Part shown: piece after piece, positions 37,076 to 48,262 of the stretch
How the letters are laid out: every line of letters starts with the position of its first letter
How positions within the stretch are numbered: the first letter of the stretch is position 1
Origin: Octopus vulgaris
Lineage: Eukaryota
Assembly (NCBI GenBank): GCA_951406725.2
Contig: OX597833.1
Location: 18,042,001-18,106,000, forward strand
Direction: 5' to 3'
DNA length: 64,000 nucleotides
Position numbers and translations under genes: made by a program
The notes under the pieces: generated by a model
Databases searched by the model: none
Told to the model about the DNA's origin: nothing
The model's input: only the letters and a program-made list of their open reading frames with translations

Positions 37076-37443
37076 AAGGAACATACATACATGAAATCAA
37101 ACAGTATTTAAGTAGACGCAAAATATATTCAATTCTTGAACACGAGACTGTGAATATCTAGAAACATCAAATCTCGATGGAGGAATGTTAGTTGATATAT
37201 ATAGTTGATATATAGAAATCTAAGAAAATACGAAAAATCAAAAACAGAAAAAGAGAAAAAGAAAAACTTGAACACATCCGTGTATATATGTAAATTATAT
37301 ATATGTGTATGCACATGTGTTTGTGCGTGTATGTATATATATATGTGTGTGTGTGTATCATTAAAGAAAATATGTGCATATATTGATGTTTTTATAAATG
37401 TATGTGCGTGTCTCAATATTTGTGGCTTGCGCACCCACATGCT

Positions 37444-37455
37444 TGTATGTATGTG

Positions 37456-37505
<50 letters not shown>

Positions 37506-37591
37506 ACGAGTGAGAGAGAGAGAGCGGGGAAGGAGATAGATGTGAGAGGGAATATGGAGTGAATAATATGCATAATATGAATGTATGCATA

Positions 37592-37653
<62 letters not shown>

Positions 37654-37945
37654 TACATACACATATATTTATATATATATACATACATACATATATATAG
37701 ACATACATATTTATAAACATACATATATATATACATATATACATATATACATATATATACATATGCATACATACACATATATATTTATATATATATATGC
37801 ATATACATACATACACACACACATATATATATACTTATATATATATGTGTGTGTGTATATATATGTATATATATATATATGTAGTGTTATATATGTATAT
37901 ATGTATATATGGGAGTATATTTGTAGATATATATATGTGTGTATA
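37444..37945. repeat. Compound (TA)n/(TACA)n microsatellite region
   Basis: Direct inspection. Confidence 0.92.
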
Positions 37946-38375
37946 TTCAAGTGTCTGTTTTCTTTTCCTCTTCCTAATTTAGAATTAAGTTTCACCAGCC
38001 ACCTGCTCAATAGCACGGTTCTGAAGGAAGGCATCTTGTTTTGTTCATCTCCCTTTAAATTCTACGAAGCTCTTGCAGATTTTAGTTGTCCTAGATCATC
38101 ATTTGTAATGTATGAATTAACGATTTACAGTTTCTCACCAAGAACCCAAGTTCCACCATTCTTTGCTCTAGGCGGGTTGGCACATATCTTGTTGCTCCAA
38201 TATTTCAGTTTTTGCTACAAAATTTTAATTTAAAAAAATTTTTGTCTTTGATCAATAAGTGTCATTTCCTATTTTCTTCTATCTAGAAGCGGTGCTCCAG
38301 CATGGCTGCAGTGAAGTGACTGAAACAAGTAAAGGAACATAAAAGATTATATATATATATATATATATATATATA

Positions 38376-38536
38376 GGCGTAGGAGTGGCGGTGTGGTAAG
38401 TAGCTTGCTTACCAACCACATGGTTTCGGGTTCAGTCTCACTGCGTGGCACTTTGGGCAAGTGTCTTCTACTATAGCCTCGGGCTGACCAAAGCCTTGTG
38501 AGTGGATTTGGTAGACGGAAAACTGAAAGAAGCCCG

Positions 38537-38620
<84 letters not shown>

Positions 38621-38820
38621 ATTTTTGTCTGTTGTCCCCCCAACATCGCTTGACAACCGATGCTGGTGTGTTTATGTCCCCGTAACTTAGCGGTTCAGCA
38701 AAAGAGACCGATAGAATAAGTACTAGGTTTAGAAAGAATAAGTCCTGGGATCGATTTGGTCGACTAAAGGCGGTGCTCCAGCATGGCCACAGGCAAATGA
38801 TTCAAACAATTAAAAGAGTA

Positions 38821-38822
<2 letters not shown>
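38376..38822 (+). mobile_element. SINE family A
   Basis: Full match. Confidence 0.9.
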
Positions 38823-38900
<78 letters not shown>

Positions 38901-38915
38901 ATGTGTATGAATATA

Positions 38916-38971
<56 letters not shown>

Positions 38972-39356
38972 GTATACACCCATTGATACATATATAAATA
39001 CCTACACGCATGCATAGTTTATATGGCATGCAATTTAGATTCAAATCCCACACCAAACATGCATACATACATACATACATACATGTGTATGCACACATGT
39101 GTATGTGCCAGGCGCACACATACAGATGTTTGTCCATGTGTACTGTATACATCTATGTATTTGTATAAATTCTGAGAGCCTTAAAAGATTGTGGTAAAGA
39201 TAAGGAGTATGTCGTAAGCGTATCAAGAGCTAACATCTGAACACAAGGCTGCTTTTATTTTTTAAGCCCTAAATGAGAACGGCAAGGAACGAAAGACAAT
39301 ATTCTAGCGAGGGGACAACCTAATTAATTCCCTCAGATAAAAATGTGTAGGCGTAG

Positions 39357-39387
<31 letters not shown>

Positions 39388-39679
39388 ATTCAGAAGTTCG
39401 CTTTGAGACCGCGTGTTTTCGGGTTCAATTTTACTCTCCCATACCTTGGATAAATGTCTTTAACTCCAAGCCAAGCCTCCTGAGTGAATTTGGTAGACGG
39501 GAAGTGTAATTTCGCGCGCGTGTGTCAGAGGGAGAGAGGGAGAGAGAGAGAGAGAGGGAGGGAGAGAGTGTGAGTGTGTGTGCGTGTGTGTGTGTGTGTG
39601 ACAGGGAGAGAGAGAGTGTGTGTGTGTAGGCTCAGGCATGGCTGTGTGGCTGTGTGGTAAGGCGGTGAGCTGGCAGAAA

Positions 39680-39853
39680 CTTGTTTCAGTCATTTGACTG
39701 CGGCCATGCTGGAGCACCGCCTTTAGTCGAGCAAATCGACCCCAGTACTTATTCTATTGGTCTCTTTTGCCGAACCGCTCAGTTACGGGGACGTAAACAC
39801 ACCAGCATTGGTTGTCAAGCGATGTTGTGCGGGGGGGGTGGGGGTGACACACA

Positions 39854-39888
<35 letters not shown>

Positions 39889-40063
39889 CATATACATATA
39901 TACGACGGGTTTCTTTCGCTTTCCGTCTACCAAATCCACTCACAAGGCTTTGGTCGGCCCGAGGCTACAGTAGAAGACACTTGCCCAAGGTGCCACGCAG
40001 TGGGACTGAACCCGGAACCATGTGGTTGGTAAGCAAGCTACTTACCACACAGCCACTCCTGCG
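39680..40063 (-). mobile_element. SINE family A
   Basis: Full match. Confidence 0.88.
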
Positions 40064-40109
40064 CTCATATATTAACCAAAATTACATAAAATTATGTTAA
40101 AATACTAAA

Positions 40110-40881
40110 GAGTTAATTTATTCAGTAAAATCGCCATTGGCTTCAACCACGGCACCCAGACGACTTCGGAGTCTTCTGCAACTCTTCTGAACAGTCTCCT
40201 TGTTGTTGGTGAATGCTGCCATAATCTTTGCCTTCAGTTCATCTTTGGTGTTACAAGGAGTTTTGTTGGTCTCTCGCTCAACTGCGCCCTACACATAATA
40301 ATCAAAGGGATTGCAGTCTAGGGAGTTAGGTGGCCAGATGTTAGGGGTGATGTGGTCGCAGAAATTGCCTGACAGCCATGACTGGGTTCTTCTGCTTGTG
40401 TGACATGGTGCAGACTCCTGTTGCCAGACATAGTCTTCCAGCAGCCACCTTCTTTACCTAGGTTAGCATCACCCCCTCTAGGCACTTGATGTAGGCCTCC
40501 GTGTTGAGTCTGAGGCCGTGTGGGAAGATGAAGAGAGGCATAACGTTGCCATCACTAGTGATCACTACAAACATCATGATGTTGATGGGATGTTTGATTT
40601 TTATCACTCCCGGCACATGTTTTGAGGGTACGGCAAGCCAACGGTTGTTCTGCATGTTCACCATCAGTTCGTATTGAAGCTTCCGACGCGAGGGCCAAGT
40701 AGTACAGCATGTCGTTTCCAAATTTCTGGCAGAGTGAATTGCGTCATAGTGCTGTTTTTTCTCACAGACAGGGCCCAACTGACCCTACTATACTGTGTAG
40801 TCGACAAAATCAAAAGTAAGCACTGCCCATGCGTGAAATTAAAAATATAAAATGGTGACAGTTTACCCATCGCACTCAGTA
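40110..40881 (-). mobile_element. Decayed, internally deleted IS630-Tc1-mariner transposon (maT/DD37D-like)
   Basis: IMMFVVITSDGNVMPLFIFPHGLRLNTEAY..; WQQESAPCHTSRRTQSWL..NIWPPNSLDCNPFDYYV, matching the WPPNSPDLNPLDY motif. Confidence 0.8.
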
Positions 40882-41090
40882 CTTATGTGTGTCTGTCTTT
40901 GTCCTCCCATCACTGCTTGACAACCGGTGTTGGTGTGCTCACGTCCCCCTAGCTTAGCAGTTCGGCAAAAGACCGATACAATAAGTACTAGGCTTGAAAA
41001 ATAAGTTCTAGGGTCGATTTGTTTGACTAAAGCCCTGCAAGGCAATGCTCTAGCGTGGTAGCAGTTAAATGACTGAAACATTATATATAT

Positions 41091-41187
<97 letters not shown>

Positions 41188-41307
41188 ATATCAGGATAAA
41201 AATCACGTTAATGATTTTTATTAAGTAGTCAGCATGCTATAAAATTTTATAGGCAATTTATACATCAAATTAATTATAATGTACGCATATATATATAATT
41301 ATATTAA

Positions 41308-41544
41308 GGGAGCAAGGGCGAAAACGCCCTATTTCCAACATGCCTGAAGTGCCGATGCCTTCAAAAAACTACCAAAAACTCCAGATAAATATACACATGG
41401 CTGAAAGTGGGCTAGTGAAAGTCTTTTTAATTTTCACTAGCCGCTTTCAACCATGTTTTATATTTATCTGGAGTTTTTGATAGTTTTTTTAAGGTATCGG
41501 CACTTCAAGTATGCTAGAGATAGATCGTTTTCGCCCTTTATCCC
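41308..41544. mobile_element. Palindromic 237-bp MITE with TTAA TSD and GG..CC termini (Kolobok-like)
   Basis: TTAA at 41304-41307 and 41545-41548; nearly the whole element is an inverted repeat; RR..YY termini rather than the CC..GG of piggyBac. Confidence 0.75.
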
Positions 41545-41559
41545 TTAATATATATATTC

Positions 41560-42535
41560 CTTTTCCACCGCTCGTCTCTTTGACTGAACTGCAAACCTGG
41601 ATTAGGCGTAGACCGAGGAGGGACGCTTGGCTCCTCGAGTGCCTTCAAGCGCTCACAGCCCTCCGCCAGGCGGGCAATGTCGTCGGTAGTAGTTCCACTC
41701 TAGTGTTCTATACAAGGTTAGTGGAGGGAAAGTGCGACGACGTTCTCGGGGAAACTCTGGACGTCGACGAAGCTCAACTAACCGGTCTGTTTCAGATAAC
41801 TTTCGGGCCTGGATAACTTCCAGAAATCCTTTGCCTGGCAGTGCTACCGAGGGGCGCTTCCTGTTCGGGATAAACTTTACAAGCACGGAAGTGCCGTCAG
41901 CTGGGCCTGCCCGAGGTACGTACAGAGCGACGAAACCGTTCTGCATGCTCTCGTCTAGTGCCCGAGCATTGCTGACCTGTGGTTTTATGACGAACACCTG
42001 CTGTCGCGTATAGGACGGATCCGGCTATCAGCTGAGTCCATAGTGAAGATTGCTCCGCCACTCTCCTTTGGCCGGTAGGGACAGGTAATTTTTATTTGTC
42101 TGGTGGCTGTAGCGAAAGAGGTAGTATGGTGGACTCGTTTGAAAGGACTAAAGTCAGGCATTTTCTTCTTTGGCCAAACCCTCATCAACTTCTTCAAGTT
42201 TCACTTGAAAAGTGAGGATGGAGAGAGAAGTGTTGCCTTCTAACAAGTTTGTTTAAAGGTGGGTGAATGTTGGAAGAATGGCCAGTGTGAAAGGACCACT
42301 TCTGAGCATACACCAGAGAAAAATAAAAGAAGGGCTCTTGCCATGTTGATCAGACATCCGTGGCGTTTATGGGGTTTTAAAGCGCCTCCCCTTTTGGGGA
42401 GTTTTATATTGTTTAGTTGTCATTGTTATATATTGCTTGCACGCTGAAAACCCTTTGCCTCGTCTTGTGTTGTCTTTTATGTTGTTGCATGTCTTTTAAT
42501 GTTGTTTGATGTAAGCCCTTGTGGCTAATAAAAGA
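41560..42535 (+). mobile_element. L1/Tx1-clade LINE ORF2 3' end plus 3' UTR
   Basis: FAWQCYRGALPVRDKL..ACPRYVQSDETVLHALV*CPSIADLW (zf-RVT/CCHC), VAKEVVWWTR..FFKFHL..RWVNV; ends TAATAAAAGAA. Confidence 0.82.
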
Positions 42536-42546
42536 ATTAATTATTA

Positions 42547-43000
42547 AGGCAGCGAACTGGCAGAATTGAAGGTGGCGAGCTGGCAGAAACGTTAGCACGC
42601 CGGGCGAAATGCTTTGTGGTATTTCGTCTGCTGCTACGTTCTGAGTTCAAATTCCGCCGAAGTCAACTTTGCCTCTCATCCTTTCGGTGTCGATAAATTA
42701 AGTACCAGTTACGCACTGGGGTCGATCTAATCGACTTAATCCGTTTGTCTGTCCTTGTGTGTCCCCTCTATGTTTAGCCCCTTGTGGGCAATAAAGAAAT
42801 AAGAATCGTTCGCACGCCAGGCAAAATGTTTAGCGGTATTTCGGCCGTCGTTTTACGTTCTGAGTTTAAATTCGCTGAGGTCGACTTTGCCTTTCAATCT
42901 ATGGGGAACGATATAATTAGTACCAGTTGATCACTGGTGATGATGTCATCGACTTACTCTCTCCCCCGAAATTGCTGGCCTTGTGCCAAAATTTGAAACC
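42547..43000 (+). mobile_element. SINE family B units
   Basis: Match to family B head, core and tail. Confidence 0.85.
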
Positions 43001-43325
43001 GATATGTGACGTAGGCAGATTTTCACCGTGGGACGACGAGGATTCTACTGCATGATAAACTGCATTACCTATTCCCGAGTTAACATATATGTGGCTGAAT
43101 ATACCTCAGGTCAGTGTAATTCACGGATAGAATCAGCGTGACACAGTGTGTGATATAACTGTGCCTTTCGAATAGCAGATATATTCCAACAGATCAGCTT
43201 CCTTAGCCAGGCTTTTTGACGCAGGGCATGGATTGACTCGAAGCAATAAATAATTACATTTGTCGTAGAAGCTAGGCAGTAGAACTGAACGCCGTTTCTC
43301 CTCGATGCGAAGCGAGCTCCTTAAC

Positions 43326-43359
<34 letters not shown>

Positions 43360-43381
43360 TGTCTGTGTGTGTCTGTGTGTT

Positions 43382-43423
<42 letters not shown>

Positions 43424-44017
43424 GTACGTGATGATCAAGGTTGGAGGGCCTTTGATCTTAGGTCTGCTCGGTCACGGTTGATGAAAAAGAAATGAAAAAT
43501 CTCGTAGTTAAAAATAAAGACAAAACGGTTATCAAGACGAGTTCATATGCCAAGGGAAATAATTCGTGAAAGAAAACAAGTGTTAAAGGGGACATAACTC
43601 TAAGTCTCAGGGAAGCAAAAACATTAAATCGGTTGTTTTCGTTGACTTCTAATCTGTTGAACAGGAAAAACCCAAGGAAATCTCGAAATAACAACCTACT
43701 GTTTTTATAAATGGAAGCTGATGTGTGTTAGGCTAGGACAGTGATTCCCAACCTTTTTCACAGCGGTTACTAACAATGGTTCCCAATCATTTTATTTAAA
43801 TGAGTTTTCCTTATTTGTGTGTGTTTGTGTGTGTGTATATATAAAAATATTTATCAGTTAGAAAAAAATACCTTTTATCAATTCAATAATGAAGAATTAA
43901 ATTATACCATTTAGAAAAAATTACATCTTATAGATTAAATGTAAGATAAAACATATAATGATGATTAAGTAATGTGCAAAATAATAAATAAAACGTATGT
44001 ATTTAGTTTTATTTATT

Positions 44018-44416
44018 ACTAGCAGTATCGCCCGGCGTTGCTCGGGTTTGTAAGGGAAATAACTATATAAGCATTTTTAGAGAGTTATAGCAAAAAAATA
44101 GCAAAAAATGCATTAAAAATGGAAAAAAATTGATGGTAAATTTTTTTTTTAATCGTTGACTCATCGTAGACATTTTTAGAGAGTTACTTCCCTTATATAA
44201 TAGCGAAAAAATGCATTAAAATGGAAAAAATAATGTTAAATTTTTTTAAAAATCGTAGGCTCATCGTAGATGCGCGCTAATACCCAGAAGGGCTCGATAT
44301 GAATCACGACTATAAGATACCCGGTTTTGGTTAAACTGCACCGCAAAATGTGGGAGTAGTTAGGAATCTAAATCGTAGGAGACAGACACACAACCTCTCT
44401 TTTATATATAAAGATT
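44018..44416 (+). mobile_element. Helentron-associated non-autonomous element (HINE/DINE-like)
   Basis: Starts ACTAGCAGTATCGCCCGGCGTTGCTCGGG (hairpin), has an internal ~105-bp tandem repeat, ends AGACAGACACAC..TTTTATATATAAAGATT; sits in a T-rich site. Confidence 0.7.
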
Positions 44417-44538
44417 TTGTACATTACTTAATCATTGTTAAATATTTCATCAATCTTTCTATATGTAATTTTTCTAAATGGTATAATTTAAATTTTTATT
44501 ATTGAATTGATAAAATTGTTTTTTCTTCTAATATATAC

Positions 44539-44880
44539 AGGCGAGTAGTGGCTGTATGGTAAGTAGCTTGCTAACCAACCACATGGTTCCGGGTTCAGTC
44601 CCACTGCGTGGCATCTTGGGCAAGTGTCTTCTGCTATAGTCTCGGGCTGACCAATGCCTTGTGAGTGGATTTGGTAGACGGAAACTGAAAGAAGCTTGTC
44701 GTATATATGTATATATGTATATATATGTATGCGTGTGTGTGTTTGTGTGTCTGTGTTTGTCCTCCTAGCATTGCTTGACAACCGATGCTGGTGTGTTTAC
44801 GTCCCCGTCACTTAGCTTACAAAGAATAAGTCCCGTGGCTGCAGTCAAATGACTGAAACAAGTAAAAGAGTAAAGAGTAA
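44539..44880 (+). mobile_element. SINE family A, internally deleted
   Basis: Match to family A. Confidence 0.85.
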
Positions 44881-44887
44881 ATGTCTG

Positions 44888-45226
44888 AGACCCCCTTCGG
44901 TCATGACTGACCATGGGATTGCACCTAGAAAGTTACCCTCCCAGGCACAAGTCCGGGCAAGGTTATTTATGGAAGACCGGAAGACCAGCAGTCGCCCTTG
45001 TGTACCGGCTTCTGCTCTCCATACACCAGTGTTATCCAAGGGAAAGGTAACGGCCGATACAGCTTGGCACCTGTGACTTCGCAACTCATTTTTACAGCTG
45101 AGTGAACTGGATCAACATGAAATAAAGTGTCTTGCTCAAGAACACAACACGCAGCCTGATCAGGGATTCAAACTCACAACATCATGATCGTAAGCTTGAC
45201 ACTCTAACTATTGAGCCATGCGCCTT

Positions 45227-45228
<2 letters not shown>
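44888..45228 (-). mobile_element. SINE family C, same tail as the 32013 copy
   Basis: Reverse-complement match to 32013-32347. Confidence 0.8.
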
Positions 45229-45267
<39 letters not shown>

Positions 45268-45404
45268 GAAATTTTGAATTTAGTTCACGGACTCCCTGAA
45301 CTGCTTTTACGGACCACCAGGGATCTGCAAACGCCAGGCTGGGAACCACTGGGCTAGGATAATGTTGTCCTGGATGCTCTGTCTTGAGAAACTGAATGAA
45401 TAAA

Positions 45405-45775
45405 GGCACAAGCGTTGCTGAGTGGTAAGAAGCTTGCTTCCCGGGTTCAGTCCCACTGCGTGGCACCTTGGGCAAGTGTCTTCTACTACAGCCCCGGGCC
45501 GAATAAAACCTTGTGAGTGGATTTGGTAGATGGAAAACTGAAAGAAGCCTGTCGTATAAGTGTGTATGTGTGTGTATGTATGTGTGTATGTGTGTGTGTG
45601 TGTTCACTACAGCCGCTTGACCAAAGGTGTTGGTTTGTTTACATCCCCATAAGCTAGTGGTTCGACAAAAGAAAACTGAGAGAATAAGCTAGTGTTTTCT
45701 ATTGTAGCCCCGGGCCGAATAAAACCTTGTGAGAGGATTTGGTAGCTGGAAAACTGAAAGAAGCCTGCCATATAA

Positions 45776-45811
<36 letters not shown>

Positions 45812-46005
45812 TCACTACAACCACTTGACAACTGGTGCTAGTTTGTTTACGTCCCCACAACCTAGCGGTTCGACAAAAGAAAACCGATAGAATAAGCATC
45901 AGGCCTTAAAGAAAATAAATACTGGGGGTCTTCACATTCAACTAAGAATTCATCAAGGCAGTACTCCAGCATGGCCACAGTCTAATTACTTAAACAAGTA
46001 AAAGA
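45405..46005 (+). mobile_element. Diverged SINE family A with internal duplication
   Basis: AGCCCCGGGCCGAATAAAACCTTGTGAG occurs twice (~45490 and ~45706). Confidence 0.75.
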
Positions 46006-46008
46006 TAT

Positions 46009-46420
46009 TACTCTTTTACTCTTTTCTCTTTTACTTGTTTCAGTCATTTGACTGCGGCCATGCTGGAGCACCGCCTTTAATCGAGCAACTCGAACCCGGG
46101 ACTTATTCTTTTGTAAGCCCAGTACTTATTCTATCGGTCTCTTTTGCCGAACCGCTAAGTAACGGGGACATAAACACAGCAGCATCGGTTGTCAAGCAAT
46201 GCTAGGGGGACAAACACAGACACACAAACACACACACACACATATATATATATATACATATATACGACGGGCTTCTTTCAGTTTCCGTCTACCAAATCCA
46301 CTCACAAGGCTTTGGTCGGCCCGAGGCTATAGTAGAAGACACTTGCCCAAGGTGCCACACAGTGGGACTGAACCCGGAACCATGTGGTTGGTAAACAAGC
46401 TACTTACCACACAGCCACTC
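46009..46420 (-). mobile_element. SINE family A
   Basis: Full match. Confidence 0.9.
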
Positions 46421-46940
46421 CACCACCAAGAACCACCACCACACACACATGAAGTGTGTGTGTGCATGTGTGTGTGTGTGTGTGTGTGTATAATACATAT
46501 ATATATATATAAATTAATAAATGAATAAATAAATAAAAGATTGAATGATCAAGGGTTAGTTTTTTATTTTTGCGAAACAGAGGTTGTTTTGGAGTTAAAC
46601 AGCATCCGAAATAATAATGAAATACAAATAATAAAAAAAATTTAATCAAATATATATATATATATAAAGGCAGTGCTCCAGCATGGCCGCAGTCAAATGA
46701 CTGAAACAAGTAAAAGAGTAAAGAAAATATTTGTAGGATATCTTCCCTTTGAAAAAAAAGTTATAAATATACAAATAAATTTTACAAATGTATTTATAAA
46801 CTACATTTTATAAATACAGAGGGTAATTTTAGTTTAGTTTTGGTCAAATTCTTTATAATATCAAAAAAAAAAGCAAAAAAAATTCTCAAGAACCACCACC
46901 ACACACACATGAAGTGTGTGTGTGCATGTGTGTGTGTATA

Positions 46941-46983
<43 letters not shown>

Positions 46984-47147
46984 TATATACATACATATAT
47001 ATATATACATACATACATATATACGTATACATACATATATATACATACATACATATATACGTATACATACATATATATACATACATACAAACATATATAT
47101 ACATACACATACATACATACATAAATACATACATACATACATATATA

Positions 47148-47372
47148 TTGGTAAAAACGGTAAGATAACAAAAGGAAGAAAGAGACCTCAATATTATGTA
47201 AATAGAGGACATTTATCTGTAAAATAATATGTGACAATTATTCGGTAGCCAAGTTAAACTCTGAGTTTCAGATGCCGAGGTGGAAATCCACAACACCATC
47301 TCTTCGGTTATCTGGCATCCGAAGCTCAGAGTTTTATCTTGGCTACCAAATAATTGTCACATAATATTTTAC

Positions 47373-47377
<5 letters not shown>
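47148..47377 (-). mobile_element. Fold-back PLE-type mini-insertion with hammerhead-like motif, flanked by TA-rich microsatellite
   Basis: 63-bp inverted arms 47214-47276 / 47314-47377 plus an unpaired tail; consensus AGAUAA-CCGAAGA-GAUG..CAUC-GAAA-CUCAGAG-UU/UUAUCU. Confidence 0.72.
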
Positions 47378-47416
<39 letters not shown>

Positions 47417-47546
47417 GTAAAATATTATATATATGTGTGTGTGTGTGTATGTATATATATCACATGGTGCTATTAATTTGACATAGTTAGGGCCAGTCTT
47501 TAGTTGAAACATATCTATGTCATATATATATATATATATATATATA

Positions 47547-47708
47547 CTTTATTTAAAGCAGCAGAAAATTCTTTAATTCGGCAACGCGAAACTCAGAGTA
47601 ACAGGCTTTGTGGAATTTTCTGCTGCTTTAAATAAAGCATATTACTCTACCACTGGTATTTGAGTACTCTTTTTTCCACCTTGTTTCACATTTATGTATT
47701 TACTCCGA
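47547..47708 (+). mobile_element. Second fold-back PLE-type mini-insertion in (TA)n with the 3' half of a hammerhead
   Basis: Perfect 25-bp inverted arms 47547-47571 / 47613-47637 enclosing GC-GAAACTCAGAGTA; tail to 47708, then (TA)n. Confidence 0.65.
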
Positions 47709-48262
47709 TATATATATATATATATACTCAGAGTCCATAAAAAAAAATGTATACACACTTCAGGAAAGTGTTATTGCAAATTATTCGGTGTTGCCACAAT
47801 TTAATAAAACATCGAAAAACTATTTATATTTATAGGGGTACTTATAAAAGTTAGTAATTTGTTTTTCACAGTTTAAACTCAAAGGGAAAAAGATATAAAT
47901 AACAGCAGGTAATATTTGGGTTAGACCCCCACCCCATCACTTCAACTTTTTCTGTTCAAAAAAGGGTTGTTTAATCCAATATTGACAAACTATTGTTCAT
48001 AGATTTTGAGTCCCACAGTTTGAAATGAATGTAATACTTCACTTCCTTGTTTTGTTCTAAATTTAAATATCATTAAATACATACTTATTTACTTTGGGTT
48101 TTGGTTGGTCGATGCCTTTAAATTCTATATCATTTGGAGAATTCCAAAAAAATAGAAAAGAACAAATTTTAAACCGTACCTCTGTATTTATGGAAGTTCT
48201 TTTATAATTGATGTAAATTAAGTGTGAGAACAGAGCACAGGTCGAATGATGAACTAATTCCA

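Larger units (their letters stand above)
43739..45351. mobile_element. hAT non-autonomous element with perfect 8-bp TSD, carrying three nested insertions
   Basis: CAGTGATTCCCAACC / GGCTGGGAACCACTG; TSD GGCTAGGA at 43731-43738 and 45352-45359. Confidence 0.88.

Noticed and set aside
37960-38290. Possible minus-strand LINE 3' fragment
   Set aside because: Only vague resemblance; no diagnostic motif.
41653-42197. Minus-strand ORFs of 114 and 70 aa in the GC-rich island
   Set aside because: Antisense to a plus-strand L1/Tx1 ORF2 remnant that explains the composition.
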